A stretch of DNA of 63,547 nt, filler included, from Stramenopiles sp. TOSAG23-3 (taxonomy: Eukaryota): the NCBI GenBank assembly GCA_900128585.1. It is 40 parts of 40 records of this genome, joined end to end, with 100 filler letters (N's around TTAATTAATTAA, not from the genome) between each part and the next. Parts side by side here need not be neighbours in the genome. Positions count along the whole stretch, not along the records: positions 46,247 to 47,731 come from LT645787.1; positions 47,832 to 49,316 come from LT645788.1; positions 49,417 to 50,900 come from LT645789.1; positions 51,001 to 52,484 come from LT645790.1; positions 52,585 to 54,067 come from LT645791.1; positions 54,168 to 55,649 come from LT645792.1; positions 55,750 to 57,229 come from LT645793.1; positions 57,330 to 58,809 come from LT645794.1; 32 more parts are not named here. One strand, 5' to 3'. A program made the translations under genes and the position numbers. Of this stretch, positions 47,040 through 59,731 are shown in pieces (position 1 is the first letter of the stretch; each line of letters starts with the position of its first letter). Under the pieces are notes generated by a model. The model had not been told where the DNA came from. It made no database searches and saw only the letters and a list, made by a program, of their open reading frames with translations.

Positions 47040-47297
47040 AATGTGGAGGAAGAGAAATGAAGAGTAAACTTGTCATAATTAAATTTTTACTTTTAATTAC
47101 GGTATGAGGACGCTAAAATTTAATTTCTTAAATAACAGCCAATTTTCTTGTTTTTAATTACTTAAATAAGAGCCAATGTTCTTCTTTTAATTTAATAACA
47201 GCCATAATTTTGTTTTTAATAAATTTATGAGCCATTTTATTATTTTAAAACAAGAAATTGGCTGTTATTTTGAGCCATTTTATTTTGTTTTTAAAAA

Positions 47298-47731
47298 TTA
47301 AACTAGTTCCTCTGGAGGGTGTGCATCAGAGGAGCCGTCACTGCTGTCGTCGCTGGAATCACTTAGCAATTGCTTTCCTCTTCGTTTCATCTCTATTCGC
47401 TTCCATCGCTTGTAATCCCTCTGAAAGTGTGTTGTTACTTTCTTCGTGTTCAAGGCATCCGATTTTACCGACTTCAAAACAGAAAGCCCGCCGAAAGCCC
47501 CCACGGTATAGACTACAGCGTACGTGTATGACGAAAGGTTCTGATGATTGTTATACACAAACCTCAAACAACACAACACGGCCCCGGCTGCTGCAAGCAG
47601 GCAAACCCCTAATATCAACAGAAGAACACTATAACGTTCGATCTTCTGGCATTCTGCTCTGTAAAACCTGTCGATTCGAGTCCGTCGAAATCGGCGGGCT
47701 CGATACATCCGCCTGGCTCCGCCGGTGCATG
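47298..47731 (-). CDS. Membrane protein C-terminus
   Basis: Hydrophobic helix followed by charged tail. Confidence 0.55.
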
Positions 47732-48427
47732 NNNNNNNNNNNNNNNNNNNNNNNNNNNNNNNNNNNNNNNNNNNNTTAATTAATTAANNNNNNNNNNNNN
47801 NNNNNNNNNNNNNNNNNNNNNNNNNNNNNNNAAAGATATTCTAAATATAGTATATAGTACTAATAGTCGTCTAATAATACATTATAGTCCATAGCGACAT
47901 AGCGACTATAGTATTTAATATATTACGGTAGTCGTCTAAATGTCACAATGTCCCCCCAATCTCATAAATTCTGTCCGTATTTTTCATCAATTGCTTCCTC
48001 ATTTTTTTTCTTAGACTATTGACTCGTAGTCTAGAACACATTAAAGTTGGCATTTTCTTTTTATTTTAAATAATTTAAGAAGGAAAGAAAACGATGAAAA
48101 ATCGAAATCGACTCATTTTTATGCTGTGACATGTATCTCTTGGGAAGATGATGTGCGGTGTAAATAGAAAAAGAAGAAGAAGAAGAATACCCCCCTCCTC
48201 TATATACACCACCACAGCAGTAGCAGAATTATTATAACAGCGCCCCCCCCAGTTCCCGCCCCTGCCCGGATAAATTTATACGTTGCATCTAAAACCACTT
48301 TACTCGTAAAAAAAATCCACGCTCGTGTAAGAAAGAAAATATAGAGATTCTGCGAAGAAAGAGCCGGTGGTCAACATTAACCAGGTAGAGGAGTGCTGCA
48401 TGTACATACACACATGTTTATTCAAAC

Positions 48428-49316
48428 ATGGCTTTGAAAACAACGAGAACGAGAGAATACCGAACCCAAAACTCGTGGCGCCGTCGGAGCATAACGATCT
48501 TGGGAAAAGCTATCGAACAAAGCGCCAAGTTGCACAAGCAGGTTTTTATAGGGCAACGAGTAATCGCCTTGAGCTCTTGCTTTGTATTGTTGTTCTTTGT
48601 TGTGAACACTGTGTTATTTAATTATGGCAACGTGCTTCTTAGTGTTTGTATGGTTTTAAGTTTTCTGGGGGTATGTGGTGGCTTTGGTTTACTGTATTAT
48701 GGCAACGTATCCCTTGTAATTTTACGCAAACTTTCTCGTGAGCCATACGTTTGGATCGTCTTTACCCTGGCGTTATCCAATATGATCATTGACTGTGCAA
48801 TGCCTTTCAATGCATTTTCTCCAATTGCTGGGACAATGTATTTTATAGCCGTTTGTTTGGTTCTAACTTTTGATGTAGTAAATACCAAGTCTAGGGCGCT
48901 CACAGTGGGCACAGCGACGGTTTTCATGCTGGTCACGCTCTGGAACATTTTACGACATTTCTTTGGCAATGTTGACGCAGGCGTCGTGCTTCTGAAATAC
49001 GGAGAAAGTTACACGCTCTATAAGAATTCTGTAAAGCGATCAATTTATATCGAAATCTGTTTATTTACCTTGGAGGGTATATGGACATTAATCACGGACA
49101 AAAAAATAGAAAAATTTATGTTCATTAAAGAATCAATATATAGGGAAACACACACGGAAGAGGGCGGCACGGACGTCGGTACTACAAACCAGGGCAGTTC
49201 AACATTAAATCCAAACCAAGTCGATGCAACATTCAGTGATGGCGACCCAGGGCAAAGAAGATTAAGCCTTGTTTGGGGGCAAAGAGTCATTGTTGTTTGC
49301 ATACTTTTTTGTTTCC
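48428..49316 (+). CDS. Multi-pass membrane protein with internal repeat, partial
   Basis: About 6 TM segments; GQRVI motif recurs. Confidence 0.8.
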
Positions 49317-49984
49317 NNNNNNNNNNNNNNNNNNNNNNNNNNNNNNNNNNNNNNNNNNNNTTAATTAATTAANNNNNNNNNNNNNNNNNNNNNNNNNNNN
49401 NNNNNNNNNNNNNNNNTGTTTCCGGATTATATGCGTTCAAATATTCCTCCGTTTAGCTTCATTATTATTTATTACATAAATCATCAAAAAAAAAAAATAC
49501 CAAAAAAAAAGAAGAAGAAGAAGAAAGAAGAAGAGAGAAGAAGAAAAAAAAAGAAGAAGAAAAAAAAAGAAGAAGAAGATGATAGAAAAAAAAAAAAAGA
49601 GAAAGAAGAAAAAAAAATCCCCAAAAAATAAAAAGTGAAAAAGGTGCTGTGGTATTACTATAATAAAAATATTATTTTTATTATTATTATTGTTTTTATT
49701 CTTCTTCTTCATTCTTCGGACGACTAATAATAAGAAAGAAGAAATGTTCAAGAAAGATGGCTAACTCTCTCAACGGTTTATATACGAATTTAAAATATAA
49801 TTTTTGTATTCTTTTAGCAACGAACAAGTAAGGATTTTCATATAAACATAAAGAGCTACGAAACAATATCTTTCCCAGTCCTCAAAAACAAAACTCATCA
49901 TTTGATACTTCCGTTTTTATTTCAGAACACAGTTCCATTGAATCTTGCAACGTTCCTCCTCATTCGCATCAACGAACATACAAA

Positions 49985-50488
49985 ATGCCATCGACGACAA
50001 GCAGAAAAGAGAACTTCGAGTTGAATCGCTCCAAGGACGAACATTTCAGCAGTGATATTAAAAATGAAGAATATAGCAATAACGGAACTTCCCTTTGGGC
50101 GTTCGTAAATCATCAAATAGTCCTCAGAAAGAAAAAAAAGATGCAAGATCTTGTCTGGTCAAAGAAAGAGGTTGAACTTTGGAAAAATGCCAGTACTACT
50201 TCCTACGTTGAAACGCTCCACATGAAAAACTACGACTTCGAAACGGTCGTCAGACCTGCAGTTTTGAGGAACATGCAATGGATACTGCACGGGAACTGCG
50301 CCAACGTAAAAAGCCCAAATCCATTGTTGGTGGCAAACGATCGGATTTTCATCCGTTCCATGAAGTCGCCATCCGAGTTGCTTTGTGTACGGAGAAATAT
50401 ACATCGAGAGGTGAAAAGGTATGCGGCATGGGTAGAGGGAAGAAGGAAAAAGAGATCTTCACGGAAAAGTTTTTGCCTCTCCCCATAA
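49985..50488 (+). CDS. Hypothetical protein
   Basis: aaaATG, complete ORF flanked by AT-rich DNA. Confidence 0.55.
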   Translation: MPSTTSRKENFELNRSKDEHFSSDIKNEEYSNNGTSLWAFVNHQIVLRKKKKMQDLVWSKKEVELWKNASTTSYVETLHMKNYDFETVVRPAVLRNMQWILHGNCANVKSPNPLLVANDRIFIRSMKSPSELLCVRRNIHREVKRYAAWVEGRRKKRSSRKSFCLSP

Positions 50489-51000
50489 AGCACAACCTTT
50501 GCATTTCTCTTCTTTCTCGCAACGATTGAAATTTTTTTCTTTCTTATACCATTTTGCCTTCCTCGTGCTTTTCGATATAATCGTAATATAGTATTTATAT
50601 TTTTTGAAAAAGTGAAAATTAGTACTCGTACCAAGTAGAAGACTAATAATAATAATAAATAATAAAATTAAAAAAAAAAGAAGAAGATATTATTATAACA
50701 TCTCTATAGCATAGAGGAGTACGAAGTTTGGAAAGCACCACCAAGCCCACCACCACCACCGTAGTATTAATACCTAATAAGGTACAACATCAAGGAAAAT
50801 CAATCTCAACAACTACAACAACAATGTCACAGCATCGCCCTAAATAATTCCGGTACCCGTAGTAGTTGATTGATTGAAATTTGAATCCTTCTTTTCCTCG
50901 NNNNNNNNNNNNNNNNNNNNNNNNNNNNNNNNNNNNNNNNNNNNTTAATTAATTAANNNNNNNNNNNNNNNNNNNNNNNNNNNNNNNNNNNNNNNNNNNN

Positions 51001-51336
51001 TTCGACGCAACGGCTGTACTCGACGAAACGACCATACGCTGCAAAAAAGAAGTGTGGAATGTAGTGCGTGATTCTTCGACTGTCTGGATACCAGTGAATT
51101 TTTTGAATTTCATGTACTGCCCAGCCCATTTGCGGGTTCTTCCGTCCATTTTTACGTCGTTGGCGTGGAATACGATCCTGTCGACAAAGATCCACAAGCC
51201 GTTGGACGCCAAGCAAAAAAAACACTGCATCGTCACTATGCCTGAAATGCAAATGCAGTATTGCGTGATGCCCCCCCGACAGTCTCTTGCTCCAGTCAGC
51301 GGAATAAAGATATATCAAACCAGAGACGAGTATTAA
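51001..51336 (+). CDS. Mpv17/PMP22 family, C-terminal part
   Basis: VWIPVNFLNFMYCPAHLRV...WNTILS. Confidence 0.9.
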   Translation, partial: FDATAVLDETTIRCKKEVWNVVRDSSTVWIPVNFLNFMYCPAHLRVLPSIFTSLAWNTILSTKIHKPLDAKQKKHCIVTMPEMQMQYCVMPPRQSLAPVSGIKIYQTRDEY

Positions 51337-51805
51337 AATAATTTATCACGTGCGCTTGCAAACGAAAAAAAAGCAAAATCACACGAAGTAACAACTTGTA
51401 TTGGCTGTTATTTAAGTAATTAAACTTCGTGTACTGCGAACTTATCTCTACTGTTGTGACTTTAGTAAAAATCAATATTTTACCCTTTTGTCACTTCGCC
51501 TTGACTAATCATTCTCATGTCTGTATTAGATAAAACATGTATCATACATATTCTGATTAATTAAAATATAAAAAAACAAATTATAGTAGTACCAAGGTAT
51601 ATACTAGATTTCTGGTAATTTACCTTAAATTTTCCACTTTTCACTTTAACAGCATAATATCATCACAAAAAATAAACCATAGATTTATTATTTTTTTTTG
51701 GGAGGTTTTCACAACTACATAGAAATAGCACCAAGCACTTCCAATGATTTCATCTCAGGCAAGGCTTCTTGAGATTACATTATTTTGTCTAATTGTTATA
51801 AATAC

Positions 51806-52348
51806 TTAATACCTGGCATCAATCTGAAGACAATAACTCCCCACACGTCCAGTTCTTTCACCAACCATATATGGCTCAATTGAAAAGCGACATCTAGGGT
51901 ATTTTTCGTTCAAATCTACACATTTCTTTTTTTTTGGCGATAAAGTAGCGTTTCTCACAAGGAGACATACAAGTAATTCGACAAATAGCCATACCAAGCC
52001 CACGTATACTGGAGTCGCAGTGGGATGCAAAGAAATATAAGCCGCCAAAATTGCGAAGACGATAAAAGTAAACGAGTTTGCATAGAGTGCTGGGTTTCCT
52101 CCTGCACTATTCAACTCTTTGCATATGTCTTGATAATCTTCTTTTGAAATAATATCTTTGAAATTTGTGGATTTCACATAATATTCGTAATCCGTTAAAA
52201 CATATCCTTTACAAGAACAATTTTCACTTATAGGAATACGAAGTGGTCTGCCTGAAACCAAAACGTTTGTCGGCGCCAAAGCAGCAGAAGCAAGAGGAAG
52301 TGTGTCCCGCTCCATTGAGACATAGTCGGGAGAACCATGTGGCTTCAT
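51806..52348 (-). CDS. Two-TM protein, weak Erf4/golgin-A7-like resemblance
   Basis: ISKEDYQDICKELN, two TM helices, LNEKY. Confidence 0.55.
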   Translation of the reverse strand: MKPHGSPDYVSMERDTLPLASAALAPTNVLVSGRPLRIPISENCSCKGYVLTDYEYYVKSTNFKDIISKEDYQDICKELNSAGGNPALYANSFTFIVFAILAAYISLHPTATPVYVGLVWLFVELLVCLLVRNATLSPKKKKCVDLNEKYPRCRFSIEPYMVGERTGRVGSYCLQIDARY

Positions 52349-53679
52349 GTTTTTAAAATCGCCCTTTTTAAAAAAAAAGATTTTTTAATTTATGGTGTGA
52401 ATTTCGAATAAAATAAAGTTTGGTTTGTGATGTTGATTGGTGCGGATTTGTTTTGTTTGTTTCTTTTGTTTGTGAGCATAAATTNNNNNNNNNNNNNNNN
52501 NNNNNNNNNNNNNNNNNNNNNNNNNNNNTTAATTAATTAANNNNNNNNNNNNNNNNNNNNNNNNNNNNNNNNNNNNNNNNNNNNTTCTTCTTCTTCTTCT
52601 TCTTCTTCTTCTTCTTCTTCTTCTTTCTTCTTCTTTCTTCTTCTTTCTTCTTCTTCTTCTTCTGTTTTGTTCTTCGAGCATCACTTATAAATAACTAATA
52701 AAATTAAAGCAAAGCTAATTCTCATTCTATTCTAATTCTAATTCTCATTCTAATTCTCATTCTATTCTCATTCTTCATTATAGACACCATTGTTGGTTTT
52801 TTAAATATTATAATGTTAGTATTAGGGTTAGGATTGCATTGAACAACATTTCAGCTCTTTTTTTTTTATTCTTCTTTTTTATAATTTTAATTTTAAGATA
52901 TTTATATTATAATAATATTTTATATAGGCGTAGCAAGCATAATCCTATGAGAATTGGGTCACAGGATCTCTTCTCTCTCTGAAGAGTTTCTGATGAATCG
53001 AAGGAAGAAATTGTGGATGTGGTTAAATACCATATAGAGAGCATAGAGATAGAAGAGGATATTTTATTAAAAAAGTGAATTCAGAAAAAGAAAAAGAAAG
53101 AAGAAAGAAGAAAGAAGAAGAAAGAAGAAGAAAGAAGAAGAAGAAAAAAAGTGGTGAATTCAGAAAAAGAAAAAGAAGAAAGAAGAAAGAAGAAGAAAGA
53201 AAAAGAAAGAAGAATATTTATTTATTTTATTTTTATGATGATATAATAGTCTTTGATGATACATTATTATGGGTGAATAAAATTAATGAAGACGACAGAT
53301 GAAACATCGTATGTTAAGGTATTTATAAATAAATAGGAATCAGAATATGTCTTTATATAAAATGAAATTCATACTTTATAGAAATATATAATATAACTAA
53401 TCCTTAATTAAGCCGGCGGTGAAAAGAACGAAAAGAAGAAGAAAAAGAGAGAATCATCATCATTCATCATCGTTTTTTTTTGTTTTTTGTTGTTTTTTGT
53501 TGTTTCTTTTTCTACTAGGATATATTGTAACAATTTCAGAGTGTACACGCGCAAGTTCATATTTTTTGCATAATTCGCACAAATGCATTTGATTACATTC
53601 TTTTAAACTTTATATTGTGTTTTTCTTTTCATTAACAAAAAAATTGAACTTCTGTTTGCACACTTTCTCTTCTACAAGG

Positions 53680-54067
53680 ATGCAGTCCTCCTTTGCCTTT
53701 GTTTGTATTTTGCTCATTGCCACGTCGTCGGGTGCTTTTGGGAACACGGTGGTGGACGTAATCGAAGGGCACAGTGGTTTGAAAACGCTGGCCGCTGCGT
53801 TGAAAGCTAGTGGGCTAAACAGTGCACTGGAGGGCAGCGGCCCGTTCACCGTGTTCGCCCCCGTCGATAATGCATTTGTAGCGAACAACATGCAGGACTT
53901 CAAGTTGAAATTTTTGCTGGACAAAGCAAACGTGGAAAGCCTCCAGACACTGCTGAAATACCACGTCTTGGGGAACGTGGAAAGGAAGGCTTCTTCCTTT
54001 AACAACAACGACAACCTTACAACGTTAGAAGGCTCGGACCTGTTCGTTGCAAAAAACGCAACTGGCC
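53680..54067 (+). CDS. Fasciclin (FAS1) domain secreted protein, partial
   Basis: GPFTVFAPVDNAF, LLKYHV, TTLEG. Confidence 0.95.
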
Positions 54068-54167
54068 NNNNNNNNNNNNNNNNNNNNNNNNNNNNNNNNN
54101 NNNNNNNNNNNTTAATTAATTAANNNNNNNNNNNNNNNNNNNNNNNNNNNNNNNNNNNNNNNNNNNN

Positions 54168-54656
54168 AAAGAGGAGCTCAGGAGTATTTTTACTTTGCTG
54201 GATACCGACATGGATGGTCGCCTACTGCCAAATGAAGTGTACGTTGCAATGGCAGCAGTTGGCGTCACGCCCACACAAGAAATAAAGAGGGCCATACAGA
54301 AACGACTGCCCAGGACGGCCGCGACAGAGGGAGTAGAGTTTCATATGTTTGAGCGTATCATAAAGAGCACGCTCACGGCACAACCTGTACAAAGAAAGGA
54401 CCTTCAGATGCTATTAGATTTATACGATACGACAGGGACAGGGCGAGTTAAAGGCTCACAACTGAAGCGGCTGTTGCAAATCCCAACGTCGAGCCACACA
54501 GAACTTACAAAAGTGGAGACCCGGCAAGTCTTTGACGAGTTGGATTTGGATAGTGACGGCGAAATAGAATTTAATCACTACGTTGACGATGTTGCGGATG
54601 GGTTTGCTAGAATTTTAGATCACAAACCTCTGGCACTGTCAAGCTTGACCATGTAA
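54168..54656 (+). CDS. Calmodulin-like EF-hand protein, 5' partial
   Basis: DTDMDGRLLPNE, DTTGTGRV, DLDSDGEIEFNHY. Confidence 0.85.
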   Translation, partial: KEELRSIFTLLDTDMDGRLLPNEVYVAMAAVGVTPTQEIKRAIQKRLPRTAATEGVEFHMFERIIKSTLTAQPVQRKDLQMLLDLYDTTGTGRVKGSQLKRLLQIPTSSHTELTKVETRQVFDELDLDSDGEIEFNHYVDDVADGFARILDHKPLALSSLTM

Positions 54657-54815
54657 CAATTCGTTTCCCTTCTCAAATTAACAATGAGGTACAGCAATAT
54701 TAATTTTATTATTCTTACCAATGGCATTGTCTTCTTAATTTGTTTTTTACGATAAAATAGTTTCTTCTTCAATATACAGCAACAAACTCCTCTTTAAAAC
54801 ATGCGTGGTCCCCTC

Positions 54816-55649
54816 TCAAACTTTGTCGTGTTGACTCGATTTGGAAGGGTCTTCGAATATTGATTTGACGTGCGCCAGAACCTTCTTCTTTCGCCTGACC
54901 CGAAAAGGCGGGGGGTTGAGCCACCGCATAAAATTGTGGCGCGCAGAACCGTGGACAAAGAGCAGGGCGTCAGTTCCCAGCTCGCCATTTCCTTTTCGCA
55001 TACCACTGGAAACAGGGGAATCCTCAAAAAGTTGCTCTACAAAAGTCACCAGCGCGTAATCGCTCAAATACTCCAGACCGACCAGCGAATGGGCGGTGTA
55101 GTTTGACCTTGAGAACATGTCCAGCATATCGCCCAGCTCATCGTGGGCAATGGTGGCCTCCTCCGAACCTTTCCATGCACGCAACGATTTCGGTCGGCAA
55201 ATGGACACAAGCACAAAGGGCAACGAGCCCCGAAAGTACAAGCTGCGAAACGCATTTTTCATGACCATGAAATCGGATGCGGTAGGGAATTCAGAACTGC
55301 ACAATTCAATGTGGAGCATGAACACATCGTCCAGCTCTGAGATCTGCGGGGCCACGTACTCTGGGTCGTATGGGTCTGCCGGGTGCTTCCCAGACGCTCC
55401 ATATGCATTGTTCTGGCTACTCTCGGCGAGCGCGGCCTCTATATCCCCAAGCAACTGGTTTATTGTTGCAAACTGCTTCATTCGATTTCTTTCAAACTCG
55501 TTTATGCGTGCTTCACGGCCCGCTATTTTTTCTTGAAACGCACTGTCCTGCCCCTTCCCGTGCGCATCTTGAGTTGGATAGACAACCAATGAGTCTGGGT
55601 CTAATTTATTGAGCTTCAAGCTTTTCTTCAAAATTCCACGCGCCTCGTC
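54816..55649 (-). CDS. Hypothetical protein, C-terminal part
   Basis: Long ORF convergent with the calmodulin-like gene. Confidence 0.7.
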   Translation of the reverse strand, partial: DEARGILKKSLKLNKLDPDSLVVYPTQDAHGKGQDSAFQEKIAGREARINEFERNRMKQFATINQLLGDIEAALAESSQNNAYGASGKHPADPYDPEYVAPQISELDDVFMLHIELCSSEFPTASDFMVMKNAFRSLYFRGSLPFVLVSICRPKSLRAWKGSEEATIAHDELGDMLDMFSRSNYTAHSLVGLEYLSDYALVTFVEQLFEDSPVSSGMRKGNGELGTDALLFVHGSARHNFMRWLNPPPFRVRRKKKVLAHVKSIFEDPSKSSQHDKV

Positions 55650-55750
55650 NNNNNNNNNNNNNNNNNNNNNNNNNNNNNNNNNNNNNNNNNNNNTTAATTA
55701 ATTAANNNNNNNNNNNNNNNNNNNNNNNNNNNNNNNNNNNNNNNNNNNNA

Positions 55751-57229
55751 TACTTTTCTTGGGTTGAGAATTTTTTCGTCCACGTCCGCGGTTACTTATC
55801 GACCACGATCCGACGATTTGTCCGCTTGTATTACTTGTTGATATTAGCTTGCCACTGGTGCGCTTGTGGGTTTTACTTTATTGCTGAGCTGTCTAAGTTT
55901 GAAGGATGGGCGGAGACGACGTGGATTTCTGCAGATGCATCGAACGAAAACCGTTTGATAGACCCTGACAGTGGATCGGGATTAGTGGGCTATCTGAGGT
56001 CGCTGTACTTTGTGCTTGTGTGCGCCTCCACCGTAGGCTACGGTGACATCGCACCGACAAACCTGGTAGAAACTATATACGTTGCTATCACCATGCTTTT
56101 TGGCGGCTTGCTGAAACCCGCCGTCGTGGGAGGCTTGGCGTCGCTCATTGTGGGGTACGTGAAGGATAAAAACGCGGACAAGCAGCAGGCGGTGGACCTG
56201 GGAAAGACAAAAAGTATTCAAAATGACGACATTGGTCACACTTTGGATGAAGCAGCTTTTCTTCGTGAACTCTCGCCATCCCTTGCGAGTTCGATACTCG
56301 ATCATAACGTTGGGAAACTGGTAAGAAACATAGAATTTTTCCACGGGCGCTCGGACATATTTTTTAAGAATGTTGTGGATGCATTTCGCCCCGCATACTT
56401 CATTCCGGAAGAAACCATACTAAAATTTGCAGAAGTTGGGGATTCAATGTATGTGCTGAAACGAGGAAAGGTGAAAGTAACGAACGAAAGCAACGATGTG
56501 GTATACTGTACCCTAAATTCAGGCTGTTACTTTGGTGAAATCGCCATGTTACAAGACACTACCCGAAACGCTAATGTAATTGCCGTTGATTACTGTGACT
56601 GCTTTGCGCTAACACGGCAAGAATTTATCAGGGCCGAGCAAAATTCACATGATTTTCAAGGGCGTGAAACCGTGCTTGCGCTGCTTCGGGCGTCGTGGGA
56701 CAAGAAGAACAAGTCAAATTCTCTATTGGAAGAAACGCTAGATAAAAAGCTAGAACATCTCACTACAGACTCGGTTCCAGCGAACAAATCGGGGGAGGCA
56801 GAAACCAACCCAGAAACGAGTAAAACTGTAACCAACAGCACAGGTCCGAAAGGGAGGAGCGACAACATGGTTCTCAGAGCCGTAAGAATGGTTTTTCTGC
56901 GCCGAGAAACTGTGTTTAATGCCGCGATTTTGTACAATTTGTTTTCCATCCCGGTACATTTTGCTTACGCGTTCCCACTTTATTACTTTGCAATCGATTG
57001 GGTGTTGGACGGGGCATTATGGTGTATTTTCTATTATTTAAAAAAGCAAGGGGGGGAGGTAGCAAGAGCTGATTTTTGGGCACTGTTTCCTTTCGATTTG
57101 CTGGTGTGTTTGCCAATAATGTATGGTTTGGCCAGTGAATACGAATCGGTGAAATATTATTACTCCATGTGCCTCTCCTTGTGCCGCCTCAATAAAGTGC
57201 TCTTGTGCCGACGTTACAGGTTTGGAAAG
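55751..57229 (+). CDS. Cyclic-nucleotide-gated K+ channel with tandem channel repeats, internal fragment
   Basis: TVGYGD filter; CNBD GCYFGEIA...RNANV; TM segments of a further repeat follow. Confidence 0.92.
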
Positions 57230-57329
57230 NNNNNNNNNNNNNNNNNNNNNNNNNNNNNNNNNNNNNNNNNNNNTTAATTAATTAANNNNNNNNNNNNNNN
57301 NNNNNNNNNNNNNNNNNNNNNNNNNNNNN

Positions 57330-57520
57330 TCACGTAGACCAGCAGCATCGAGTACGCCCCCATGTTATGCAGCGATTGTCGTTGTTTCTTATTGGACGCT
57401 TCTTCGTCCGTGTATGGACGCCACTGCGTGTTGAGGAAGAGCGAAAGGGTCAGGACAAACAGCAGTACGTGAATTTCCACGCTGCTGGGAACGTAATTGG
57501 TGACAAACGAAATGGCATCA
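57330..57520 (-). CDS. Fragment of a polytopic membrane protein
   Basis: HVLLFVLTLSLFLNTQWRPY...SMLLVYV. Confidence 0.45.
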
Positions 57521-57723
57521 GGGAGACCTACTCTATCTCCTCCAAAACGAGAAACAAATGTTCCTTGAATGTTTTGTATGTTTAATAATATATATTAATT
57601 CTCACTATCCAAGTATTCCCAAAGAATAATATTCGATTTTACTATGATACTTCATATGTACGATAATGGCTATAATAATTCTTTAAGCTGAAAACCGGCC
57701 TACCAAGGACTGTCAGAAACAGG

Positions 57724-57849
57724 CCTAGCCTCAAACACCCTGCCCTCCAGAAGGGAGACCTTCCAAACCCTAACCTTGCACACCCTAGCCTCAAACACCC
57801 TGCCCTCCAGAAGGGAGACCTTCCAAACCCTAACCTTGCACACCCTAGC
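57724..57849 (+). repeat. 60-bp tandem repeat (2.1 copies) containing AAACCCTAACC
   Basis: Exact 60-nt period. Confidence 0.95.
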
Positions 57850-57879
57850 ATGGTGATAAAATCGCCGCTACTGCCCCCG

Positions 57880-58524
57880 TACAAAACGATACCAATGTAG
57901 TGCAGACTGGACGTCGTTACTGTGGACACCCCGACCAGCACGGAATGAATAACTTCAACAGTCACCCCCTGGTCTATGAAGTCGCTATCCTGCTGTCCCA
58001 ATCCACTCCGCTCTGCGTGTGGCAAATTTTGTATGTCCCTTCAGCCAGCAAAGGGCCTTGTATGATCATAGTCTCGTTCGTCAGCTGCAAACGCTTGACG
58101 GAAGAGTTTTGGCACCCATAATTTACCCCACCTACACTTGTGGGTAGAAAGGCTACCACATCGCCAACGGCTGCACTGCTGCCGTCGACTTTGATAGCAA
58201 TAGAATGGTGAGAAACTATCTTCTCCCCTGACGAATGCAACGGCGTCACTGCCTGCACGGTCGGGGCTACAACTTGCATGCGAACATTTTGCCAAGCAAA
58301 ATCTGTGGAAGTGTCCCCCCCGCTTGCACTCTCCGCAAAGCAAATTACGTGCACTCCATTAGTACTTCCTGCTGCCAGCGTCACGAGCAGGCTTCCGTCC
58401 CCGGTACTGAAAACAGCCCCCTTTGAATTCGGAGCGACCCCTACCCTAACTGTCCCTTTTTGTACACCACTTGTACCTTGTACATTATAAATAGGATTAA
58501 ACTCGTGAATGGCAAAAACCCCAT
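57880..58524 (-). pseudogene. Secreted beta-rich repeat protein with two frame changes, ending at the repeat
   Basis: Signal-like MGFLPFTSLILFI, body ...GTYKICH and tail QDSDFIDQGVTVEV lie in successive different frames. Confidence 0.55.
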
Positions 58525-59731
58525 ACTAAAATTTGCAGGCACACAGGCAAAAGTTTGTGATGACTGTCATTTGATGATGGCATTTGATGATGATATTTTT
58601 TAGAGAGTTATTAACAAGAAAAATTTGGCTGTTATTTTTTAGAAGAGTTATTATTTATAGTTAGCTTACCCTTGGTAGTTCTATAGGCGTACGAGGAGTT
58701 GTTGTTGGTGTTGTTTATACAAAATAAAAATTTAAGACCAATCAATTGGAATCTTGACCAGAACTTGGGGAGGATCTGCAATAGGAGGAGACATTGTTCT
58801 TGAACTGACNNNNNNNNNNNNNNNNNNNNNNNNNNNNNNNNNNNNNNNNNNNNTTAATTAATTAANNNNNNNNNNNNNNNNNNNNNNNNNNNNNNNNNNN
58901 NNNNNNNNNTGTTTATACACAAACGAGATAGATATTGGTTTTGAAGATATTATATTGTGGGAAAATATATAGAGAATATAATTAAAATATAAATAATTTA
59001 GATTTATAATAGTGGTGATTAGCTGGTAGAAGTAGCGAGAAGAAAAAAAGATATTTTATAGTCTAGTCTAGTAATAATAGACACTGAAAACAAAAGACCA
59101 TCTTTAATGTATTCTATTAATCATATTCTAATAATAATATCTTTAAAATATATAATAATAGTCCAGCAATTAATAATTATTAATAATCATCAAGTCAGTT
59201 CGTTCAGTTAGTTAGTTCAACATATATTTTTTATCTTTTTTTTTTGGTCTAAAATATTATTAAAATTATAATAGATCAATATATTATATATACACAGCAC
59301 TATGAGAATTTTAGATCGTGATTTATTATTATTTCTTCTTCTTCATTTTTTCTTCTTAGAAAAAAATGAAATATTTATTACAAATAGTCGTCTAGCATAT
59401 TAATAGCATGTATTCTATTATTATTACTTCAACATTTTTTTATTTTTTTAAATAATAATATAATAATGTTTTTTTTTAATTCCTTCTTCTTCTGGTACCG
59501 GTAGTCTAGTTGTTGGTGTGGTGGTGTATTTTAATAATAATAATAATTCATGGAAATACATGTTTGGCACAACTACTAGTTGGTAAAACATTTTGTTAAA
59601 GTACGAGTATTTGAAAAGAGTATATTAAAATGCATAGAAAGATCCACATTAAAATTAACAGAAATAATTGATACAACGAAGAAGAAAAAAAGACAGGAAG
59701 CCTCAAAACAAAGGAAAACTAAACAATAATA

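Noticed and set aside
49431-49751. K/E-rich and F-rich ORFs (also 2592, 8360, 22353, 53075)
   Set aside because: Translations of GAA/TTC microsatellites or low-complexity DNA
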